From the IMG/VR virus record IMGVR_UViG_3300030106_006749, positions 1 to 34,424 of that record: DNA of 34,424 nucleotides; one strand, given 5' to 3'. Below the pieces are notes generated by a model. It worked only from the letters and a program-made list of their open reading frames with translations, was not told the origin of the DNA and did not search any database. The translations under genes were made by a program, and so were the position numbers. Below, one piece after another: positions 28,248 through 34,424 of the stretch (its first letter is position 1; the number at the start of each line of letters is the position of its first letter). Origin of the DNA: a virus. Lineage: Duplodnaviria; Caudoviricetes.

Positions 28248-28881
28248 AAAATCAGATGCAGGAGATTATGTAGACGATTTCCAAAAATCTAAGGCTCCTC
28301 AATTCAAAGGTAAGTCTAAGAAAAAGAAACGTCAAATGGCAATAGCTGCTTATCTTTCTAATAAAAACGAATTAGCTAAATTAATCAGAGAAGCTATAAA
28401 TGAAGCAGAACCAAAAAAAGGCACCGGTAAAAAACCTAAAGGTTCAAGTAGAAGGTTATATACTGATGAAGACCCTAAGGATACTGTAAGTGTAAAATTT
28501 TCAACAAGACAGGATATAGTAGATACTTTAAGTAAAGCCTCATTTAAAAGCAAATCACATGCTAGACAATCACAGATTATTAATTTAATACATCAAAGAA
28601 CTAGAGCTGCTTACGGAAGAACTAAAGATCCTAAAAAGAAAAAGAGATTAAAATCAGCATTAGATTATATTACATCAAGGAAAGAGGCTTCGAAAAGAAA
28701 AACTCAAAGAATGAAGAATGAAAAAAAGGATATTCATAAACCTATGAATCCTGGTATTCTAAAAAAGAGATTAGGAAAGCTTTCTTGCTCTAAAGTAAGA
28801 TCAGCTAGAGCTAAATTAAAAGATAAGGGGACAACATACTATAAAGCATTATCGAGATATATTAATTACCACTGTCAATGA
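28234..28881 (+). CDS. Very basic modular protein (probable DNA-binding/core protein)
   Basis: Three Lys-rich modules separated by KNE/LIRE/INE and KNE. Confidence 0.7.
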   Translation: MPLTKKSDAGDYVDDFQKSKAPQFKGKSKKKKRQMAIAAYLSNKNELAKLIREAINEAEPKKGTGKKPKGSSRRLYTDEDPKDTVSVKFSTRQDIVDTLSKASFKSKSHARQSQIINLIHQRTRAAYGRTKDPKKKKRLKSALDYITSRKEASKRKTQRMKNEKKDIHKPMNPGILKKRLGKLSCSKVRSARAKLKDKGTTYYKALSRYINYHCQ

Positions 28882-29504
28882 AAATAGCTAATACAAAATT
28901 TAGTAGACAAGGTTACTATACAGAACCTACCTTAGATGTAGATATACTTCAAGATCCTAAATGTGTAGATTTATTTGATCAAAACGGATATCATTTAACT
29001 AAAGCAGAACAAGCTTTTTTAGTTCCTAATGGATATGATCCTATAGAAAGAAGACATGAAGATTGTTTAAGACAAGATTGGATAATTTGGGATAAAAGAG
29101 AAGGAGCTCATATAAATCATTCAGATATATTTGAAAGAAAAGGATTTAACGGAACAGCTAAATTACAACTAGAAAAAGTAGCTAAACTTAATCCTATGCT
29201 TTATAAAATAATTAAAATGAAACCTAAATGGGGTATTGATATTTCTATAGATTATGTATCTGAAGATGCTGTTTTTGAAGTATTTCATTATGAATGGGAT
29301 TCTTTTGATTACGAAGCAGTACAAGAAAAAAAACAAGAAATAGAAGAATTTATTATACATAAAGATTGGGATGATATAGCAAATTTACTATGGAATAGAA
29401 AAAATGAATGGTTATATTTAGATTTCTTTGAGCAAACTAAATGGAGAACAGATTTTTTTGGTTTATCACCAGAAAAGTTTAAGAATGTTATTTGGGAAGA
29501 ATAA
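28878..29504 (+). CDS. Hypothetical protein (aromatic-rich, enzyme-like)
   Basis: 208-aa ORF, ATGA coupling. Confidence 0.75.
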   Translation: MKIANTKFSRQGYYTEPTLDVDILQDPKCVDLFDQNGYHLTKAEQAFLVPNGYDPIERRHEDCLRQDWIIWDKREGAHINHSDIFERKGFNGTAKLQLEKVAKLNPMLYKIIKMKPKWGIDISIDYVSEDAVFEVFHYEWDSFDYEAVQEKKQEIEEFIIHKDWDDIANLLWNRKNEWLYLDFFEQTKWRTDFFGLSPEKFKNVIWEE

Positions 29505-29510
29505 TCTATT

Positions 29511-29518
29511 TATTTATA
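29511..29518 (+). promoter_or_regulatory. Putative late promoter TATTTATA
   Basis: Same core motif, intergenic, 22 nt before the ATG at 29541. Confidence 0.55.
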
Positions 29519-29540
29519 TACGTATATAAAAAAAATATCA

Positions 29541-31862
29541 ATGACCTACCAAGAAATAAAGGATCGCTTGGCTAAATGTGAATTTTCACTTAAATGTATT
29601 GCTGACGGAACTTATAAAAAAATAAAAAAAGAAAAGCTTTCTGAAACTACAAAAAAGCTTACTATTTTAAAAGAATCTTTACAAAAACAATTAAAAGAAG
29701 CTGAAGGAACAGTTAGAACTGCTGATTCTGGAGAAGCAGAAAAATTATCTAAAAAAGGAGTTGACGTAGATTTAGTTGAACCTGGAGATTTAGAAACTAA
29801 CGAACAAGAAGGTACTTCATTTGGTCAAAACGAAACAGCTAAGATTGCAGCAGAGGTAGGCAAAGCAACAGTATTAGCTCTAAAAGCCGAAGGAGAGAAT
29901 ATCTCAACAGCTAAAGCTAAAAGAATTAAACCTAATCAATTCGATCTTCTTATAGGATTTAATAATGGTAACGAAAACCTATATGAATTTTATATAGTAG
30001 GAGATACCCTGTACTTAAAAGATACCTCATATGATAGAGAAATATCTGATGTAGGTGTTCAACAATCAGGTGAAGCTATAATTAACGTAGATGTAGTAAA
30101 AGATCAACTGCAAAAATACTTTAAAACAGTTAATACAGCATTAGGGGAAGCCGAAAGAGTTAAAAAAGTAGGAGAAATGACAGATCAAGAATTTGCAGAT
30201 GCTCAAGAAAAAGATAGATTAGAAAAGCATCCTGAAAAGGATATAATTAAAAAAATTCAATTTTTAATACAAAAAGAAAGACAAAAAAGAAAAAACGAAG
30301 CTTTTCCTTATCCTCCTAAACAAAAGCCCGGTAAAGGAATTCAAGGTAACTGGGACTACGGTGGAGAAGATTCATCACCCGGTATGGAAGAAGGAGAAGG
30401 AGATGATCGTCACTATATAAAAGTACCTAGAGCTCAGTATAAAAAAGCACAAAAAGTTATTGATGATGTTTTACGTAATGACGTATACGGAGGTCATAAA
30501 CTCGATATAGTAGATAACGACGGTGGAGGTAATGTTATATTTTACTTTATGGGACCTGAAGAAAAGGCTATAACCTACGATGCAATTGTTTATTTAAGAA
30601 ACTCAGATATAGATGTAGCAGATTCATCAATAAGTGATATGGAAGAAGGAGATGGAATGACTACTAAAATTAAATTATCTGCAGGAGATCCTACGAATAT
30701 GGCCTATACAGATAAGGTTAGTGAAAACGCAGATCAAGATGAAGCTTTAGATAGATTAAGAGAAATTGTTGGACGAGTAGAAGAGTTTGGAGAAGAAGCT
30801 AGAGATATAGTTAGACAGAACTTCCCTAATGAATTATCAAGAATGGACGGTTATGGTGTATTTAATATGGTTTACTCAAGTAATAGGTATGATACTACAT
30901 TAGGTAGTGAAGTTGATAGATTAGAAGATTATGGGTATGATGATTTAGATGATGAAGATTATCCTAACGAAGCATTAGATAGTGATCTACCAAAAGGTAA
31001 GCATTCAATAGCTAAACTACAGAAAGTTCATGGAATGATAGTAGATAAGATGAAAGAGCTTGCAAAGCTATACAAAGAAAAAGGCGGCGAGCATGAGTAT
31101 AGAGGTCATTCAGTAATAGATCATTTAAAGTCTCTTAATAGAAAAAAGAAACAAGTTGAAGATGCTTTAGACAAAGCGGTAGCTAATAAAAATAGAGGCC
31201 AGCAATTAGACCCTAACATTGATGAAGGTGATTTAGTATCTATTACTGATGGACAGTATGCGTATATAAAGGGTATAATAGATATCCTTAAAACTGGAGA
31301 GATTCCTAAAGATATAGAGTACAGAAAAGAAGCAATAAAAGCATTAGCTAGTTTATTAAGAAATCCTGGTAGTATAAAAGAAGGTACTGATTTATATGAT
31401 GGGGATAAATTCTCAATGAAAAGATTTTCAGGACCAAACGGTATAGCATTACAAGTAACAGCTCGTAAATTAAGAGGAGGAGGTTTTGAATATATACAAA
31501 TAGATGGAGATGATGTTAAAGAATTTGCTAGAGCTGCAGTTCATGTTGCTCAAGAATTTCATGATATAGATAGACAGACTACTGTTAATGAAAACGTAAA
31601 GAAGTATAGATTAGGTGATATGTATTCTAATGACTTTGACTATTTAGGAATGTTAAAAGCAGGTTTAAAAGCCACTTTAGGCTCCTCAGTAGATAAGTTA
31701 CAGAAGTTATATAACTCTTTCGAAGACGTAAATTATCACAGTGAAAATCAATACTTAGGAGCATTAATAGATGCTTTGCAATCAGGAGATAAAGATGAAG
31801 CTAAAAAACATTTATTAAAATTTAGAAGTGCTATTAAAGGAACTTTAAAGACTATGCAATAA
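29541..31862 (+). CDS. Large modular hypothetical protein, candidate head polyprotein
   Basis: 773 aa with recurrent xxE/(A,G,N,Q) junctions between dissimilar segments. Confidence 0.7.
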   Translation: MTYQEIKDRLAKCEFSLKCIADGTYKKIKKEKLSETTKKLTILKESLQKQLKEAEGTVRTADSGEAEKLSKKGVDVDLVEPGDLETNEQEGTSFGQNETAKIAAEVGKATVLALKAEGENISTAKAKRIKPNQFDLLIGFNNGNENLYEFYIVGDTLYLKDTSYDREISDVGVQQSGEAIINVDVVKDQLQKYFKTVNTALGEAERVKKVGEMTDQEFADAQEKDRLEKHPEKDIIKKIQFLIQKERQKRKNEAFPYPPKQKPGKGIQGNWDYGGEDSSPGMEEGEGDDRHYIKVPRAQYKKAQKVIDDVLRNDVYGGHKLDIVDNDGGGNVIFYFMGPEEKAITYDAIVYLRNSDIDVADSSISDMEEGDGMTTKIKLSAGDPTNMAYTDKVSENADQDEALDRLREIVGRVEEFGEEARDIVRQNFPNELSRMDGYGVFNMVYSSNRYDTTLGSEVDRLEDYGYDDLDDEDYPNEALDSDLPKGKHSIAKLQKVHGMIVDKMKELAKLYKEKGGEHEYRGHSVIDHLKSLNRKKKQVEDALDKAVANKNRGQQLDPNIDEGDLVSITDGQYAYIKGIIDILKTGEIPKDIEYRKEAIKALASLLRNPGSIKEGTDLYDGDKFSMKRFSGPNGIALQVTARKLRGGGFEYIQIDGDDVKEFARAAVHVAQEFHDIDRQTTVNENVKKYRLGDMYSNDFDYLGMLKAGLKATLGSSVDKLQKLYNSFEDVNYHSENQYLGALIDALQSGDKDEAKKHLLKFRSAIKGTLKTMQ

Positions 31863-31863
31863 T

Positions 31864-32904
31864 ATGAATAAAAAAGAATTAGAAAATATAGTATTACAAG
31901 CATATTCTGAAGTAATTAGAGAACAGGAAGAAGAAGGACCAGGTCCATATAAAGCTTCGGAACTACCTCAAAAGTTTAAGCAAAGTATAGAAAAGAGATA
32001 CGGAAAAATTCATCCAAGAGATTTCTTTAGTAGAGATTTAGATACTTACTTTAAGTTTGATGGAGAAAATAAAACTACTGGTTCTATAAAACATACAATT
32101 GTAAAGTTACCTTCTTTTAGAAAATTATATTTTGATTATGATGAAATAATTGATGATATAAAAGATCTAATGAGAAATAAAGATGTTAGAACAGATAAAG
32201 CAGCTAGAGAACTATTTGAACTAATTAAAACTAACTTTAGAAAATTACAAAGATATTTAAGAACTGAAAGACCTGAACAGTACGATATTTTTAAAGCAAC
32301 TAGATCATTAGAGGAAAATATAAATAAATTATTATTTGAAAATTTAAACGATCTAATGAAAGAGCAAGAACCAGAACCTGAAGAGGAACCTGATACAAGT
32401 GCTCCAAAAGATACAGTATTAGAAGATAGTACTGATATTATTTTAAATAAATTTCCTACAGTTAAATCAGCTATAACTAAACTACAGACCGAAGATTTCA
32501 AAGACTTTGTTGAATCAATAGATTGGGTTTCTCCTAGACCAAGTACTTTTAGAATTAATTTAAAAAATGGTCAAGAGTATATTTTAAAATGGTTAGGTGA
32601 TGGTTTTGAAGCTCAAATAATGGGTAAAAGATATTATATAAATAAAATTAGCGATTATCAACAAGCTTTAGATAAGCTTACCTTACTGTATCAACAAGCA
32701 CCTTTTAAACAAGGTGGAGAAGATGTAGAAGGAGCAGATGATGATTTCGGATCAGCTGATACAGGTGGAGGAGATTTTCCTGGAGCTGATGCAGGGACTG
32801 GAGCAGGTACAGATTTAGATGAACCCGGAGGAGAAGAAGGAGGAGCAGATTTAACTGATGAACCTATTGATTTTGAAGAACCAGCTGAAGAACCTGAAGC
32901 ATAA
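31864..32904 (+). CDS. Hypothetical protein with VIRE leader and acidic disordered C-terminus
   Basis: 346 aa; internal LEE/LFE/MKE/VLE; D/E/G-rich tail. Confidence 0.7.
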   Translation: MNKKELENIVLQAYSEVIREQEEEGPGPYKASELPQKFKQSIEKRYGKIHPRDFFSRDLDTYFKFDGENKTTGSIKHTIVKLPSFRKLYFDYDEIIDDIKDLMRNKDVRTDKAARELFELIKTNFRKLQRYLRTERPEQYDIFKATRSLEENINKLLFENLNDLMKEQEPEPEEEPDTSAPKDTVLEDSTDIILNKFPTVKSAITKLQTEDFKDFVESIDWVSPRPSTFRINLKNGQEYILKWLGDGFEAQIMGKRYYINKISDYQQALDKLTLLYQQAPFKQGGEDVEGADDDFGSADTGGGDFPGADAGTGAGTDLDEPGGEEGGADLTDEPIDFEEPAEEPEA

Positions 32905-33980
32905 TGAGCGTAATAGATAAATTATATACTGAGTGGGCATGGAGAACTAAATCAGGAACTCCTGATATAAATGATCCTGAAGATAAGGCCGTCTTAGATT
33001 ATTTAATAAAAGAGCTAACCGAGCAAGAAGACGATAATATAGAAGATCTTCAAAAAAACCTTATAAGCATAATTAACAACACATCTGACCCTTCAGTACT
33101 TAAACGAGTAATGAAGTATACCAAAAATGTAGGGTACGGTGATTCAATGAAAACTTATTTAGAATCAAAAAATTTAAGTAGAAAAGATATTCTTTATTTT
33201 CAATCACTACTTTCCGATATGGGTAAAACAGGTGAATTTGCAAAATTATCTTCTAACCCTCCAGTCTTTAATCCTTCAGGGGGTAATTATTATTCTCAAA
33301 TACCTGGATTTACACCTGATGAGTTAAAATCTTTATATTCAGATATGAAAGATTCTATACAAGGTACTGTATCGATGGGACCTGGAGAAGCATTTTTATC
33401 AGTATTTTTTAAAAATATTTCTAAAGCTAAAGCTAAAGGTGATTTAAATATTGGTGGTAAAGAAGTAGAATTGAAATCTCGTACTGGCAATACCGGAGCA
33501 TTAGTAGCTCCAACAGGTGTAGCAAGAGGTGATTGGACTAAGGGAGTTAAACCTAAAGTTGATAAATTCGTTGATAGTTTAAAGATTGATGATGAACAAA
33601 AAGAAACATTAAAAAATTATAATAAATCAGCTTGGCCTTATAAAATAGCAGATGTAGTAAAACAAGCATCTGGTATGGGAGTTGATGAAACTACTATTAT
33701 TTCTGGAATAGATAAAGTTTTAGATAGTAGTTATGCACCTTTAAACTTTGATACTGCAAGTTATATTAATAACGGAGAGTTCAATGCTAAACAGTTTATA
33801 TTAGATTTAGCTAAAAAGTTAGGAAGAGCATATTATAAAGAACATGGATTCGATGCATTTATGATATCTGATCCAAACGGTAATTTTAAATTTTACGAAA
33901 AGGATAGTTTTGTAGATGCTATTGGAGATGAAATTACAGTAGCTAACCCTTCAGATTTAGTACCTAGATTAAAAATATAA
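32904..33980 (+). CDS. Hypothetical protein with putative PD-(D/E)XK nuclease core
   Basis: GPGEAFL...KGDLNIGGKEVELKS (E...D...ExK). Confidence 0.55.
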   Translation: MSVIDKLYTEWAWRTKSGTPDINDPEDKAVLDYLIKELTEQEDDNIEDLQKNLISIINNTSDPSVLKRVMKYTKNVGYGDSMKTYLESKNLSRKDILYFQSLLSDMGKTGEFAKLSSNPPVFNPSGGNYYSQIPGFTPDELKSLYSDMKDSIQGTVSMGPGEAFLSVFFKNISKAKAKGDLNIGGKEVELKSRTGNTGALVAPTGVARGDWTKGVKPKVDKFVDSLKIDDEQKETLKNYNKSAWPYKIADVVKQASGMGVDETTIISGIDKVLDSSYAPLNFDTASYINNGEFNAKQFILDLAKKLGRAYYKEHGFDAFMISDPNGNFKFYEKDSFVDAIGDEITVANPSDLVPRLKI

Positions 33981-33988
33981 AATGAGTT

Positions 33989-34424
33989 ATGTCGCAGAAT
34001 ATAAAAAAAATAATAGCACAGGAGTATATTAAATGTGCTAAACAACCTGCCTACTTTATGCGTAAGTACTGCTATATACAGCATCCTACGCGAGGTAGAA
34101 TATTATTCAATTTGTATCCTTTCCAAGAAAAAGTTTTAAACCTTTATAAGGAAAATCAATATACTATTACTTTAAAGTCAAGACAGCTAGGTATATCGAC
34201 TTTAGCTTCAGCATATTCGTTATGGTTGATGTTATTCCATAAAGATAAAAACGTACTAGCGTTAGCAACAACACAAGCAACAGCAAGAAACTTAGTAACT
34301 AAGGTCATTTTTATGTATGATCAACTTCCTAAATGGTTAAAACTTCCTGCTGTAGAAAAAAATAAATTATCACTAAGGCTTAGAAATGGTTCAAAAGTAC
34401 AAGCTAAATCTTCTAATGCTGATG
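33989..34424 (+). CDS. gp17: Terminase large subunit (T4 gp17-like), 3'-truncated; not in the ORF track
   Basis: Manual translation: MSQNIKKIIAQEYIKCAKQPAYFMRKYCYIQHPTRGRILFNLYPFQ...LKSRQLGISTL...LRNGSKVQA; open to the window end. Confidence 0.92.
   Translation, partial: MSQNIKKIIAQEYIKCAKQPAYFMRKYCYIQHPTRGRILFNLYPFQEKVLNLYKENQYTITLKSRQLGISTLASAYSLWLMLFHKDKNVLALATTQATARNLVTKVIFMYDQLPKWLKLPAVEKNKLSLRLRNGSKVQAKSSNAD

Noticed and set aside
1066-34084. Remaining short minus-strand and nested ORFs in the track (e.g. 1066-1365, 20386-20730, 21510-21695, 23122-23346, 32136-32501, 33893-34084)
   Set aside because: They lie on top of well-supported + strand genes and show no recognisable motifs; 33893-34084 is antisense to the terminase start
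1-34424. Stop-codon reassignment as in some large phages
   Set aside because: Genes are full length and tightly packed in the standard code; TAG (228, 14658) and TGA stops abut the next starts
1-34424. tRNA, structured ncRNA, intron or intrinsic terminator
   Set aside because: Intergenic gaps are under 60 nt and AT-rich with no convincing cloverleaf or GC hairpin with U-tract; conserved genes appear uninterrupted

Overview
AT-rich (roughly 30% GC by eye), densely packed fragment of a large T4-like (myovirus) phage genome. All credible genes are on the + strand and read in the standard code. Upstream regions mostly lack Shine-Dalgarno motifs and one gene encodes a Tyr/Trp-rich lipoprotein, which suggests a Bacteroidota host (inference). 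1-17.6 kb is a baseplate/tail module: gp5/gpV-like hub, gp25, gp6, gp7-like wedge, tail-collar-like paralogues, an S74-chaperone mini-fibre and Thr-Pro mucin-like fibres. 17.6-34.4 kb holds a GIY-YIG nuclease, a Mn-type superoxide dismutase, a cupin, primase, a PD-(D/E)XK exonuclease, a lipoprotein, a zeta-like kinase, an HxGH nucleotidyltransferase/HEXXH fusion, a HAD nucleotidase, many hypotheticals and the unannotated 5' end of the terminase large subunit. Most notable: (1) many otherwise unrelated proteins, including SOD and the kinase, share an N-terminal M(I)K(L/I)xx(I/L/V)(I/L)xE leader resembling the T4 capsid-targeting/prohead-protease signal, and several look like polyproteins of small modules joined at hydrophobic-x-E sites, suggesting a virion cargo system; (2) a 20-aa, 9-Cys metallothionein-like ORF missed by the ORF track, translationally coupled within the SOD-cupin cluster; (3) a 239-nt GC-shifted dual-coding overlap between the lipoprotein tail and the kinase P-loop. 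All product calls come from motif recognition by eye; no database searches were run.
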